NCBI GenBank assembly: GCA_051961995.1
Contig: JBQCCR010000040.1
Location: forward strand, 14,850 to 78,849
Reading direction: 5' to 3'
Source: Rhodanobacteraceae bacterium
GTDB taxonomy: Bacteria > Pseudomonadota > Gammaproteobacteria > Xanthomonadales > Rhodanobacteraceae
Length of the DNA: 64,000 nt
In this document: positions 9,432 to 19,408 of the stretch, piece by piece
Position numbering within the stretch: the stretch's first letter is position 1
How the letters are laid out: each line of letters opens with the position of its first letter
Made by a program: the position numbers and the translations under genes
Notes under the pieces: model-generated
The model's input: only the letters and a program-made list of their open reading frames with translations
Databases searched by the model: none
What the model was told of the DNA's origin: nothing

Positions 9432-11831
9432 TCAATGTTCCCGCCAATACCGTGCCTGCTTCGACCGCTCCTCCGAAACGATCCGCGGCGGCGCGTCGGC
9501 CGGGAAAGCGATCCGCACCGCGCCGGTGTCGGCCGTGGTCGAAAGCGGGATACCCAACTGTTCGTAGCGGGCGACGATGACCGCCGCGGGGTGCCGGAAA
9601 CGGTTGCGGTAACCGGCGGAAGCGATCGCGAACCGCGGATGCAGCGCGCGCAGGTAATCCTCGCTGGAAGAGGTCTTGCTGCCGTGGTGCGGCACGACCA
9701 GCACCCGCGGCGGGTCGTGGACGCCCGCGCTCGCGACGACCGCCTCCGCGATCGCCGGCTCTACCTTTGCAGTCGTGTCCGCCGGCAACAACAGTTCTCC
9801 TCCCGCGCCGCTGACCAGCAGCACGCAACCGGCATCGTTGCCGCGTACCTGCACCGGCGGTTTGGGCGACAGCACGCGAAAGTCCACGCCGTCCCAGGTC
9901 CAGTGCTGGCCCGCTTCGCATTGCCGCAAGGGAATGTCGCCGCGATCCGGTTCGCCGCCCAACGCCGCGGTCGCAGGGAACGCCGCCAGCACCGCGCGCG
10001 CGCCACCGGCGTGATCGTTGTCACCATGGCTGATAATCAGGGTGTCCAACCGCTCCACGCCGATCGCGTGCAGCGCCGGCACCACCGCCGCCTCGCCCAG
10101 ATCGAAGCCGGAGGGATAGCGCGCGCCGGTGTCGTACAGCAAAGCATGGCCGCGCGTGCGCACCAGCACCGAAAGGCCCTGCCCCACGTCCACCACCATG
10201 GCGGCGAAGTCGCCGTCGCGAAGCGGCGTTGCTCGTGGCCACAGCAACGGCAGCATCAACAGCGGGGCCAGCGCGCGCGCCGGTACGCCGCGCGGCGCCA
10301 GCAGCCAGATCGCGCCGAGGCAAGCCAGCACGAACGCGATCACGTTTGCCTGTGGAAAGTAATGCAGCGCCGCGGGCCACGCCGCCAGCCGTTGCAGGAT
10401 CCACCACTGAACATCCGCGAGATGCGCGCAGACGTGCAGCAGCGGAGCGCCGAGGGATGGAGACGGCAAAAGCAGCGCGCTCGCGAGCAGAGTCAGCGGC
10501 ACGATCACGAAGCTAATGAACGGCACCGCGATCAGGTTTGCCAGCGGACCGACCAGCGATGCCTGGCCGAAGAACCACACGGTCAGCGGCAGCAATGCGA
10601 GCGCCATCAGCATCGGTGACAAGCCCAACTCGCGCAGATGCCCGCGCCAGCCGGTGCCGCGCGCCAGTGTCCAGGCCAGGAACGCGACACCTGCAAACGA
10701 CAGCCAGAACCCGGCCGCCAACACCGACAGTGGGTCCACGATCAGGATCTCGCATAAAGCCAGCGCCAGGCCTTCGCCGATGCCACCGCCCCGGCGCAGG
10801 ATCCGCGAAAGAGAAACCGCGCCGATCATCCACAAGGTACGCGTGGTCGGCAGGCCGAACCCGGCCAGTGCGCCGTAGGCGATCGCCGCGGGCAACGCGA
10901 TGCCCGCCTCCGCGACCGGGCGCGGGACGCGCAGGGCCAGTGCGGGAAACAACCACCACAGCGCCCGCACCAGCAAGGCGGCAAAGATCGCCGCAAGGCC
11001 GACGTGGAAACCGGAGATCGCGATCAAGTGACTCACGCCGGTCGCGCGCACGACCTGCCAGTCCGATTCATCGAGCGCGCTCTGGTCGCCCACGCTGAGC
11101 GCGCGCAGCAAGCGTGCGGCGTGCGGATCATCCGGCAACATTGCGGCGATTGCGTTCGAGATGCGGGCGCGCACGCCATCCACGCACGCGGCATGCGAAC
11201 GCAGCACATTCGCCGCATCTTCGCGCACGTAGCCGGTCGCGACGATGCGTAGTTGCAGCGCCGAGCGCTCGAAGTCGAGGCCGCCCGGATTGAGCAGGCT
11301 GCGCGGACGCTTCAGCCGTACCCGCAGGCGCCAGCGCGAACAGGGCTCGAGAGCCGGCGCGGCGCCATGGCGTGATGCATACCACGACAACCGCAGATTG
11401 CCCCGCAGCGGAATAGCCGCGCCGTCCAACGAAGCCTGCCCCACGTTGAAATCGAAACGCGTGGATTCGGCTTGCGCCTGAGGCAGACCTTCGACCATGC
11501 CGGCCACGACCAGATCGCGTCCCTCCAACGCGTGAGGCAGGCGCGACTGCATGGCCAGGTCTGCGCGCAATGCCGTCCAGCCGAAAGCTGCAATGGCGAC
11601 CGCCAGCGGGACCAGCACCGTGGCGAGGCACCCGCCTTGGTTGCCCTTTCGCCTGAAAGCCCAATGGATTCCGGCTATCGCCGGGATGGCGAGAATCAAT
11701 ACGTCGTCGCACCACCGCGGCGGCAATCGCGGCAGTGCCTGCACCAGCAAGGCGCTGAGCAGCAATGCGATCCCGCAGGCGAGCAGGCCCGGCGGATGGT
11801 GTTTCGCGTCGCCCTCCCTGCGCGCGAACAT
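9432..11831 (-). CDS. comEC: DNA internalisation-related competence protein ComEC/Rec2
   Basis: 799 aa: polytopic competence domain plus a C-terminal metallo-beta-lactamase fold (ISHGDNDHAGG). Confidence 0.9.
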   Translation of the reverse strand: MFARREGDAKHHPPGLLACGIALLLSALLVQALPRLPPRWCDDVLILAIPAIAGIHWAFRRKGNQGGCLATVLVPLAVAIAAFGWTALRADLAMQSRLPHALEGRDLVVAGMVEGLPQAQAESTRFDFNVGQASLDGAAIPLRGNLRLSWYASRHGAAPALEPCSRWRLRVRLKRPRSLLNPGGLDFERSALQLRIVATGYVREDAANVLRSHAACVDGVRARISNAIAAMLPDDPHAARLLRALSVGDQSALDESDWQVVRATGVSHLIAISGFHVGLAAIFAALLVRALWWLFPALALRVPRPVAEAGIALPAAIAYGALAGFGLPTTRTLWMIGAVSLSRILRRGGGIGEGLALALCEILIVDPLSVLAAGFWLSFAGVAFLAWTLARGTGWRGHLRELGLSPMLMALALLPLTVWFFGQASLVGPLANLIAVPFISFVIVPLTLLASALLLPSPSLGAPLLHVCAHLADVQWWILQRLAAWPAALHYFPQANVIAFVLACLGAIWLLAPRGVPARALAPLLMLPLLWPRATPLRDGDFAAMVVDVGQGLSVLVRTRGHALLYDTGARYPSGFDLGEAAVVPALHAIGVERLDTLIISHGDNDHAGGARAVLAAFPATAALGGEPDRGDIPLRQCEAGQHWTWDGVDFRVLSPKPPVQVRGNDAGCVLLVSGAGGELLLPADTTAKVEPAIAEAVVASAGVHDPPRVLVVPHHGSKTSSSEDYLRALHPRFAIASAGYRNRFRHPAAVIVARYEQLGIPLSTTADTGAVRIAFPADAPPRIVSEERSKQARYWREH

Positions 11832-11837
11832 GCTGCC

Positions 11838-12545
11838 TCAGCTATCGGCCACGAAGGGCCGGAGTTTGCCGTCCACCAGTTCGAGCACGCGATCCATGCG
11901 CGACGCGAGATGCGGATCGTGCGTGACCAGCACGAAGCTGGTGCCGATCTCGCGGTTGAGCTCCAGCATCAATTCATAGACTGCGGCGGCGTTCTTGCCG
12001 TCCAGGTTGCCGGTCGGTTCGTCGCCCAGCACGCACGCCGGCCGCGTCACCAGTGCGCGCGCAACCGCGCAGCGCTGGCGCTCGCCACCGGAAAGTTCGC
12101 TGGGCTTGTGTTCCAGCCGTGCGCCCAGGCCCACGCGCTGCAACAATTCCTTCGCATGTTGGCGCGCTTCGCTGATCGCGGTGCCGCGAATCAGCAGCGG
12201 CATCGCCACGTTTTCGACGGCGGTGAATTCGGGCAGCAGATGATGGAACTGGTAGACGAAGCCGAGCGAGCGGTTGCGCACGCGGCCGCGCTCCGCATCC
12301 GACAGTTTCGACAATACGCGGCCGTCGACCTCGATCCCGCCGGCGCTGGGCGTATCCAGCCCGCCGACGATATGCAGCAGCGTGCTCTTGCCCGAACCTG
12401 ATGCGCCGACGATCGCCAGCGTCTCGCTGCGCTTCAATTCGAAGCTCGCATCCACCAGCACTTCGGTGCGCAGCGAACCTTCCTTGTAGGTTTTGGCGAT
12501 GCCGTGGGCGCGCAGCACGACGTGGTTAGGCGTGTGTTCCCCCAT
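11838..12545 (-). CDS. lolD: Lipoprotein-releasing system ATP-binding protein
   Basis: ATG 12545 ([20 protein letters not shown]). Walker [10 protein letters not shown], signature LSGGERQR. Adjacent to a LolC/E permease gene. Confidence 0.9.
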   Translation of the reverse strand: MGEHTPNHVVLRAHGIAKTYKEGSLRTEVLVDASFELKRSETLAIVGASGSGKSTLLHIVGGLDTPSAGGIEVDGRVLSKLSDAERGRVRNRSLGFVYQFHHLLPEFTAVENVAMPLLIRGTAISEARQHAKELLQRVGLGARLEHKPSELSGGERQRCAVARALVTRPACVLGDEPTGNLDGKNAAAVYELMLELNREIGTSFVLVTHDPHLASRMDRVLELVDGKLRPFVADS

Positions 12546-12728
12546 TACGGCATCCTCTGCTGGCCGCTTCGCAAAGCGTCGCGAGTGATTAAGCCGCCAT
12601 CCATGGCAAGAGAGCTCCATGGTTGCGCGTCGCCGGAGCGCAGGAAGCGGAGTGTACACGTCAGTACATGAGCATTCCGGGCACCGCCGGCGCGCAAGAT
12701 GCCGAGCGCAGCAGCTTTGCGAAGTGGC

Positions 12729-13973
12729 CTACTCATAACGTAGCGCCTGCGCCGGCTGCGTACGCGACGCGCGCCAGGCCGGATAGATCGTCGCGCCGAG
12801 CGCGAAGATGAAAGTCACCAGCGCAACCCAGCCGACATCACCGGGCAGCAGCTTGCTGGGCACATCGCTGATGTAATAGACGTCCGGCGACAGGAACTGC
12901 ACGTGGAAGACGTTCTGGATCCAGTTCGCGATCGCCGGCAGTTTCCACGACAGCAGCGAACCGAGGCCGACGCCGACGCCGATGCCGACAATGCCGACCA
13001 GCATCCCTTGCACCATGAACGTGCCCATGATGCTGCGCGGAGTTGCGCCCAATGTTCGCAGGATCGCGATGTCGGCCTGCTTGTCGGTGACCAGCATCAT
13101 CAGCATCGAGATGAGATTGATCACCGCCACCAGGATGATCAGCGAGAGGATGATGAACATCACCAGCTTCTCCATCGCGACCGCCTTGAAGAAGTTGGCG
13201 TGCCCTTCCATCCAGGTTTGCACGCGATAGGCCTGGCCCAGCCGATCGGCCAGATCGTGCGCGACCTCGTAGGCGCGGAACATGTCGTCCAGCCGCAAGC
13301 GGATGCCGCTCGGCCCCGGCATGTTGTAGAGCTTCTCGGCGTCGTGCATGTTGATCACGCCAAGACCCGAGTCGTACTCCTGCATGCCGGCCTCGAAGAT
13401 GCCGACTACGGTAAATCGCTTCAGCCGCGGCACCACGCCGACCGGGGTGACGTTGAACTCCGGCGCGTACACGACCACCTTGTCACCCACACCCACGCCG
13501 AGGTTCAGCGCCAGGTCCTTGCCCAGGATGATCCCCCACGACCCGGGCGCGAGATCGCTCAACTTGCCGACGACCATCCTCCGGCCGATGTCGGCGACCT
13601 CCGGTTCCTGGTCCGGCAGCACGCCGCGGATGATCGCGCCCTGGCTGGCCGCGTCGCCACGCAGGAACGCCTCTCGCTCCACATACGGCGCCGCGCCGCG
13701 TACGTGCGGATTCGTCTTCGCGATCCCCACGGCACGCGGCCAGTCGGTCAAGCTCTGGCCGACGCCCGAGATGGTGGCGTGCGAAACCATGCCGAGGATG
13801 CGCGAACGCAGCTCCGAATCAAACCCGTTCATCACCGACATCACCGTGATCAGCGCGGTGACACTGATCGCGATGCAGACAATGGAAACTATCGAGATGA
13901 AGGAGATGAAATGGTTGCGCCGCTTGGCGCGGGTATAGCGCAGGCCGATGAAGAGTTCGAGGGGACGGAACAT
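12729..13973 (-). CDS. lolC: Lipoprotein-releasing system permease (LolC/LolE family)
   Basis: ATG 13973 gives MFRPLELFIGLRYTRAKRRNHFISFIS, the canonical LolC/E N-terminus. MacB-type periplasmic domain plus FtsX C-terminus. The C versus E assignment rests only on its position upstream of lolD. Confidence 0.85.
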   Translation of the reverse strand: MFRPLELFIGLRYTRAKRRNHFISFISIVSIVCIAISVTALITVMSVMNGFDSELRSRILGMVSHATISGVGQSLTDWPRAVGIAKTNPHVRGAAPYVEREAFLRGDAASQGAIIRGVLPDQEPEVADIGRRMVVGKLSDLAPGSWGIILGKDLALNLGVGVGDKVVVYAPEFNVTPVGVVPRLKRFTVVGIFEAGMQEYDSGLGVINMHDAEKLYNMPGPSGIRLRLDDMFRAYEVAHDLADRLGQAYRVQTWMEGHANFFKAVAMEKLVMFIILSLIILVAVINLISMLMMLVTDKQADIAILRTLGATPRSIMGTFMVQGMLVGIVGIGVGVGLGSLLSWKLPAIANWIQNVFHVQFLSPDVYYISDVPSKLLPGDVGWVALVTFIFALGATIYPAWRASRTQPAQALRYE

Positions 13974-14012
13974 TCGGGAAAGGATCGGAACCGGGTGAGC
14001 GTAATGTTTGTC

Positions 14013-14072
14013 GTCATTCCGGGGCCGTTTCCCGGCTTGTCGGAAAACGGGCCCCGGAATCCAGTGACTTTG
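14013..14072. repeat. GTCATTCC-type REP-like unit
   Basis: GTCATTCCGGGGCCGTTT...AAACGGGCCCCGGAATCCAGTGACTTTG, with a long imperfect hairpin. Lies upstream of lolC. Confidence 0.75.
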
Positions 14073-14225
14073 CCCTGCGGGAGCCTGCGTGCAGGCGACC
14101 ATGGCACTTTTTGCCGAGGACGGCGTGCCCGTTGGTTGCGAACACGCTCGCTCCTGCAGCAACACAGTTTCTACAACCCCGGCAGAGTGCCGTATCCGCG
14201 ACAGCCCGGCAAGCAGCTCAGACCA

Positions 14226-14684
14226 TCAAATACTGTCGGCGTTCACTGACGCGGCGCCGGCGCCCTCACTGCCCAGCCGCACGCGCAGGCGCCGGCGGGT
14301 ATCCGCGTCGAGATTGTCCGGCAGCAGCCACAGGCTGGTTCGCCCGCCCGGTGGCCAGCGCAAATGCAACACGATCAGGAAACCAAGCACGCGCGCGTCG
14401 CTCAGCGTGCCCTGCACTTCGCCGGCCGCGCCGCTGCGGCCGCCAAACCGCACCGAAATACTGCCGTCGCTGCGCCAAGTCAGCGCGAGTACGCGTGGAT
14501 GCAGCAAGCGCCATAGCGATACCGTGCCGTAGCCGATCGCAACAATGATCAGAACCATCGTCGGCAATCGCGTGAGTCCACTCAACGCAACCGCCAGCAC
14601 CGCGAGCGCTGCACACGCCACGATGCACACCGCCAGTGCGCGTGAGGGTCGGTATTCGAATCCGATCGCGGGCGGCGTTCTCAC
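14226..14684 (-). CDS. ygfX: YgfX/CptA-like inner-membrane protein
   Basis: 152 aa with two N-terminal TM helices. The C-terminal pattern LHLRWPPGGRTSLWLLPDNLDADTRRRLRVRL resembles E. coli YgfX (LRLRS..HLWLAADSMD..WRDLRR). The GTG start overlaps the sdhE stop (GTGA), the same gene order as E. coli sdhE-ygfX. Confidence 0.55.
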   Translation of the reverse strand: MRTPPAIGFEYRPSRALAVCIVACAALAVLAVALSGLTRLPTMVLIIVAIGYGTVSLWRLLHPRVLALTWRSDGSISVRFGGRSGAAGEVQGTLSDARVLGFLIVLHLRWPPGGRTSLWLLPDNLDADTRRRLRVRLGSEGAGAASVNADSI

Positions 14685-14941
14685 AGGTTCGCCTTCGCGC
14701 GTATCTGCTCGACAATGGCCATCCAGTCCGCGCGCTCCGGTCGCGCATGGCCCATCAGCCAGTCCCAGATCAGCGGGTCGGGCTGGTCCAGCAGCGCATC
14801 GAAGGCGGCCGTCGTCTGCACGTCAGCCTGCCCGCCATGCTCATCCAGCCAGCCACCCAGCAACGCATCCAGCTCGCGTGTGCCGCGCCTGCACCGCCAG
14901 CGCAGGCGCTTGAGCGGGCCCGCTGTTTCTGGCCCGCTCAA
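14681..14941 (-). CDS. sdhE: FAD assembly factor SdhE (YgfY/DUF339)
   Basis: RLRWRCRRGTRELDALLGGWL is the SdhE signature region. Start uncertain: TTG 14941 is proposed (86 aa) and overlaps the TGA of the upstream MAPEG gene. The 119-aa ORF start is not believed. Confidence 0.75.
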   Translation of the reverse strand: MSGPETAGPLKRLRWRCRRGTRELDALLGGWLDEHGGQADVQTTAAFDALLDQPDPLIWDWLMGHARPERADWMAIVEQIRAKANL

Positions 14942-15357
14942 TGCACCAGACCGAAGCCGAGCACGGCCCAGAGGATCCAGAGCACGATGCCGCCGGCGAG
15001 ATAGGCCTGGAAGCGGTGCATCACCTTGTTGTAGCTGCAATGGATGGCGCTGTGCAGGATACGCAGCGCCACGAACAGCCAGGCCAATGCCAGGGTGAGC
15101 GCCGATACCTGTCCGGTCAGCGCAATGACCAAGAGCGCCAGATAAAACAGCACCGGCAGTTCGAACAGATTGCGAAAGTTGTCGGCGGCACGCGTGTCCT
15201 TCAGCAGCGCGGCCATCTGCGGTGAAGTCGCGACCGCCTGCGGATGGATCCGCTCGCGCTTCATTTCACCGACACGTGCGAAATACATCCGCAGCCAGAC
15301 GATGAAGGTCAGTGCCGCCATGGCCAGAGCCGGCAGGAAGATGCGTGTGTCGATCAT
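14938..15357 (-). CDS. MAPEG family membrane protein
   Basis: About 139 aa from MIDTRIFLPALAMAALTFIVW, four TM helices. RAADNFRNLFELPVLFY and LRILHSAIH are MAPEG-like. Confidence 0.75.
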   Translation of the reverse strand: MIDTRIFLPALAMAALTFIVWLRMYFARVGEMKRERIHPQAVATSPQMAALLKDTRAADNFRNLFELPVLFYLALLVIALTGQVSALTLALAWLFVALRILHSAIHCSYNKVMHRFQAYLAGGIVLWILWAVLGFGLVH

Positions 15358-15404
15358 TACTCGCTCCCGCTGCGGCAAAAACCGAAAATCAGCTCTTCTC
15401 GAAG

Positions 15405-15460
15405 CAAGATGGATTCCGGGTTCCCTTTCGCGATGAAGCCGCGAACGGCCCCCGAATGAC
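15405..15460. repeat. GTCATTCC-type REP-like unit (reverse orientation)
   Basis: The reverse complement reads GTCATTCGGGGGCCGTTCGCGGCTTCATCGCGAAAGGGAACCCGGAATCCATCTTG. Lies between sdhB and the MAPEG gene. Confidence 0.7.
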
Positions 15461-15474
15461 GAGAGTCCCGGGTT

Positions 15475-16254
15475 CTAGACCGCCCGCTCCACCAGCAGCT
15501 GCTTGATCTCGCCGATCGCCTTCGCGGGATTCAGGCCCTTCGGGCAGGTGTTGGTGCAATTCATGATGGTGTGGCAGCGATAGAGCTTGAACGGATCTTC
15601 CAGATCATCCAGACGCTCGCCGGTGTCCTCGTCGCGCGAATCGATGATCCAGCGGTAGGCTTGAAGCAGTACGGCCGGGCCGAGATACCGATCCGGGTTC
15701 CACCAGTAGCTCGGGCAGGACGTCGAGCAGCACGCGCACAGGATGCACTCGTACAGGCCATCGAGTTTCTTGCGCTCCTGCGGGGACTGCAGGCGCTCGC
15801 GGTCCGGCGGCGCGCTCTGCGTGCGGAGCCAGGGCTTGATCGATGCGTACTGCGCGTAGAAGTTCGTGAGATCCGGAACCAAGTCCTTCACCACCGGCAT
15901 GTGCGGCAGCGGATAGATCTTGACGTCGCCCTTCGGCAGGTCGTGCAGCGCCTTGGTGCAGGCCAGCGTGTTGCCGCCGTTGATGTTCATCGCGCAGGAA
16001 CCGCAGATGCCTTCACGGCAGGAGCGGCGCAGCGTGAGGGTGGGGTCAATCTCGTTCTTGATCTTCAGCAGCACGTCCAGAACCATCGGCGTGTTGCTGA
16101 CGTCCACCTCGTAGGAATCCATGCGCGGGTTGCCGCCAACGTCCGGATCCCAACGGTAGACGTAGAAGGTACGCACCTCTTTCGCCCCGGGCTTCGCGGC
16201 GTGGTGCTGTCCCTTCTTGACCTTGGAGTTTTTGGGGAGGGTGAACTCAGCCAT
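15475..16254 (-). CDS. sdhB: Succinate dehydrogenase iron-sulfur subunit
   Basis: 259 aa with three Fe-S cysteine clusters ([41 protein letters not shown]). Confidence 0.95.
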   Translation of the reverse strand: MAEFTLPKNSKVKKGQHHAAKPGAKEVRTFYVYRWDPDVGGNPRMDSYEVDVSNTPMVLDVLLKIKNEIDPTLTLRRSCREGICGSCAMNINGGNTLACTKALHDLPKGDVKIYPLPHMPVVKDLVPDLTNFYAQYASIKPWLRTQSAPPDRERLQSPQERKKLDGLYECILCACCSTSCPSYWWNPDRYLGPAVLLQAYRWIIDSRDEDTGERLDDLEDPFKLYRCHTIMNCTNTCPKGLNPAKAIGEIKQLLVERAV

Positions 16255-16345
16255 GATTCAAATCCGTTGGACGAGAGAGACGGGAGGCGCAGGAGCGAGG
16301 CAGCGGCGGCTTCATCGTTTCACGTTCATCTTCCCGTCTCGCATT

Positions 16346-18124
16346 TCAATACACCCGCTTCTTCGGCGGAATCGTCTGCACGTCACTGGTCAGCGTGTTG
16401 AGGTGCACCGGCCGGTAGTCGAACCGCACCGCGCCCTTCCCGTCCACCCAGATCAGCGTGTGCTTCATCCAGTTGGCGTCGTCGCGTTCGGGGAAATCGT
16501 CGCGCGCGTGCGCGCCGCGGCTCTCCGTGCGCTGCTCGGCCGAATACATCGTGGCAACCGCCTGGTCCAGCAGGTTGGCCAGCTCGAAGGTTTCGATCAG
16601 GTCCGAGTTCCAGATCAGTGAGCGGTCGGTCACGCGCACGTCCTCGAAACTCGCGTGCACGTCCGAAATCTTCCTGCAGCCCTCTTTCAGCGATTCGGCA
16701 ATGCGAAATACCGCCGCGTCCGCCTGCATGGTCTTTTGCATTTGCAAGCGGATCTGCGCGGTCGGCGTGCCGCCGTTGGCATTGCGCAATTTTTCCAGAC
16801 GCTGCATTGGGCGGTCGAGGATGTCGGACGCCAGATCCTTGTGCGGCGAATTCGGCTTGATGATTTCCGCGCAGCGGTTGGCGACCGCGCGGCCGAACAC
16901 CACCAGGTCCAAGAGCGAGTTGGAACCGAGGCGGTTGGCGCCGTGCACCGATACGCAGGCAGCCTCGCCGATAGCGAACAGGCCCGGCACAACCGCGTCC
17001 GGATCATCACCACGCTTGGTGACCACTTCGCCGTGATAGTTGGTCGGGATGCCGCCCATGTTGTAGTGCACCGTCGGCTGCACCGGGATCGGCTGTTTCG
17101 TCACGTCCACGCCCGCGAAGATGCGCGCGCTTTCGGCGATGCCAGGCAGGCGCTCGTGGATCACTTCCGGTCCGAGGTGCTGCAGGTTCAGGAAGATGTG
17201 ATCGGCGTGTTCGCCGACGCCGCGGCCTTCGCGGATCTCCATCGTCATCGCGCGGCTCACGACATCGCGCGAGGCGAGATCCTTCGCGTTCGGCGCATAG
17301 CGCTCCATGAAGCGCTCGCCTTTCGAATTGGTGAGATAGCCGCCCTCGCCGCGCACGCCTTCGGTGATCAGGCAGCCCGCGCCGTAAATGCCGGTCGGGT
17401 GGAACTGCACGAACTCCATGTCTTGCAACGGCAGGCCCGCGCGCAGCGCCATGCCGCCGCCGTCGCCGGTGCAGGTATGCGCGGAAGTGCAGGAGAAGTA
17501 CGCGCGACCGTAACCGCCGGTGGCCAGCACCACGGCGTGGCCGCGGAAGAAGTGCAGCGTGCCTTCGTTCATGTCGATCGCGAGCACGCCACGGATCGTG
17601 CCGTCGGCGTCCGTCACCAGGTCGGTGGCGAAATATTCGATGAAGAAGCGCGCGTCGTGCGCCAGCGACTGCTGGTAGAGCGTGTGCAGGATCGCGTGCC
17701 CGGTGCGGTCGGCCGCGGCACAGGTGCGTTGCGCGGTGCCTTCCCCATAGTTGGTGGTCATGCCGCCGAAGGGACGCTGGTAGATCTTGCCTTCGTCGGT
17801 GCGCGAAAACGGCACGCCGTAGTGTTCAAGTTCAATGATCGCCGGGATCGCCTCGCGGCACATGTATTCGATCGCGTCCTGATCGCCCAGCCAGTCCGAA
17901 CCCTTGACGGTGTCGTACATGTGCCAGCGCCAGTCGTCCGGGCCCATGTTGCCGAGCGCGGCGGCGACGCCGCCCTGGGCGGCGACGGTGTGCGAGCGGG
18001 TCGGGAACACCTTGGTCACGCAGGCGGTGGAAAGGCCTTTGGCCGCGAGCCCGAAGGTGGCGCGCAGACCTGCACCACCGGCGCCCACGACGACCACGTC
18101 ATATTGGTGAGTCTGGATTTTCAT
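16346..18124 (-). CDS. sdhA: Succinate dehydrogenase flavoprotein subunit
   Basis: 592 aa. N-terminal FAD fold [15 protein letters not shown] and covalent-FAD region [11 protein letters not shown]. Confidence 0.95.
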   Translation of the reverse strand: MKIQTHQYDVVVVGAGGAGLRATFGLAAKGLSTACVTKVFPTRSHTVAAQGGVAAALGNMGPDDWRWHMYDTVKGSDWLGDQDAIEYMCREAIPAIIELEHYGVPFSRTDEGKIYQRPFGGMTTNYGEGTAQRTCAAADRTGHAILHTLYQQSLAHDARFFIEYFATDLVTDADGTIRGVLAIDMNEGTLHFFRGHAVVLATGGYGRAYFSCTSAHTCTGDGGGMALRAGLPLQDMEFVQFHPTGIYGAGCLITEGVRGEGGYLTNSKGERFMERYAPNAKDLASRDVVSRAMTMEIREGRGVGEHADHIFLNLQHLGPEVIHERLPGIAESARIFAGVDVTKQPIPVQPTVHYNMGGIPTNYHGEVVTKRGDDPDAVVPGLFAIGEAACVSVHGANRLGSNSLLDLVVFGRAVANRCAEIIKPNSPHKDLASDILDRPMQRLEKLRNANGGTPTAQIRLQMQKTMQADAAVFRIAESLKEGCRKISDVHASFEDVRVTDRSLIWNSDLIETFELANLLDQAVATMYSAEQRTESRGAHARDDFPERDDANWMKHTLIWVDGKGAVRFDYRPVHLNTLTSDVQTIPPKKRVY

Positions 18125-18146
18125 TCTTGCCTTTTCGTCGCCGCGC

Positions 18147-18572
18147 TCAATATGCGGCCAGCCAGATCTTGAGTGCCGCCAGCGCGCCAGCCACTGCGCC
18201 CAGCACGGCGAGGAACTTCACCGCGACCAAGAGCGTGAGTTCGACCCAGCGCGTGTGCACGTAATCCTCGATCACGACCTGCAGGCCGAGTGCGCCGTGC
18301 CAGAACGAGATCACGGTGAACAGGATCAGCAGGCCGGCGTTGATGGGATTGCCGACCAGCGCCTGCGCGGCGGCGAAATCGAGATGCGGCAAGCGCAGCA
18401 CCAGCCAGATAAACCACAGGCTGATCGGGATCAACGCGACCGCGGTCATTCGTTCGAGCCACCAGTGGCCGACGCCGCTTCGGGCCGAACCCAGGCCGCG
18501 CACGCGCTTCAGCGGCGTGCGCATGTCGTGCGGCGCATGATGCGGCCCTGCGCTATTCGGAGCTGTGCTCAT
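18147..18572 (-). CDS. sdhD: Succinate dehydrogenase membrane anchor subunit
   Basis: ATG 18572 (MSTAPNSAG...), 141 aa, three TM helices. [14 protein letters not shown] is SdhD-like. Overlaps the sdhC stop by 4 nt. Confidence 0.85.
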   Translation of the reverse strand: MSTAPNSAGPHHAPHDMRTPLKRVRGLGSARSGVGHWWLERMTAVALIPISLWFIWLVLRLPHLDFAAAQALVGNPINAGLLILFTVISFWHGALGLQVVIEDYVHTRWVELTLLVAVKFLAVLGAVAGALAALKIWLAAY

Positions 18573-18985
18573 GGCGCGCCTCCGGCAAACAGCACCAGCA
18601 GCCACACCACAAGCGTGAGCACGATGCTCGCCACCACCACGAGCCAGCTCACGACGAAGTAATTGGGCGCACGGACGTCGTCGCGTCGCCATACGTCGAA
18701 GTCGCGTCCGACGTCGCGGAACAGGTGCTGGATGCCCTGGCACAGGTGCAGGAACAACGAAAACGTCCAGCAGATCAGCAGCGCGATACCGATGCCGCTT
18801 GCACAAAAGCCGGTGAAGGTTGCCCAGGTTGCCTCGTTGTCAGCCAGTGCGATCAACCCCCAGGTCACCAGCACCGCACCCAGGCACAGGAATACCCCGG
18901 TGATGCGATGCAGGACAGACAGCACCATGGTGATGCGCCACTCGTAGATACCTAGGTGTGGCGACAGGGGGCGAGCGTGCGACAT
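18569..18985 (-). CDS. sdhC: Succinate dehydrogenase cytochrome b556 subunit
   Basis: ATG 18985 (MSHARPLSPHLGIYEWRITMVLSVLHRITG, the canonical SdhC start), 138 aa. Confidence 0.85.
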   Translation of the reverse strand: MSHARPLSPHLGIYEWRITMVLSVLHRITGVFLCLGAVLVTWGLIALADNEATWATFTGFCASGIGIALLICWTFSLFLHLCQGIQHLFRDVGRDFDVWRRDDVRAPNYFVVSWLVVVASIVLTLVVWLLVLFAGGAP

Positions 18986-19313
18986 AAGAATCCTTTGCTT
19001 TTGAACCTGATCGCGCGCCCACGGGTTCTGCGTCGTTCGTCCTGAAGCACTTCCCGGCCCGCAGGTCGTGTGCGTTCGCCGCCGGCGCGAGATGCGATTC
19101 AACGCACGCCGCGAAAGCCCCGGCTCACCCTTGTTGCGCGATTCAAATCTGCGAAAGCGTAGTACGCGGAGCGCTGCGAGACAAGAATCAGCGTCTGTCG
19201 GCACTCTCCAGAGCGAGCCGCGTTGCGGTTGCAAAGCGCGCCCATGACGGCTGCGACCGGGCAACCTTTCGGGCCGGGGTCCATTGGCCGCATCGCTATG
19301 TCATCATTCGTCA

Positions 19314-19329
19314 ATGTATTGGAATACAT
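19314..19329. promoter_or_regulatory. AT-rich perfect inverted repeat ATGTATT-GG-AATACAT in the sdhC/ygfZ divergent region
   Basis: Read directly. Ends 79 nt upstream of the ygfZ ATG, in the only AT-rich patch of a 423-bp intergenic region. Confidence 0.35.
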
Positions 19330-19408
19330 CTTCCTCATTCTGCCTTCCCTCGCGGGCAATGGACCGGCGGCACATCGGTGAGCGCCAACAACCTCCGATC
19401 TCGCGCAC

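Noticed and set aside
19314-19329. The palindrome considered as a dif/XerCD recombination site.
   Set aside because: It does not match the remembered dif consensus (GGTGCGCATAA-TGTATA-TTATGTTAAAT) beyond the TGTAT core. Its location in a promoter region favours an operator.
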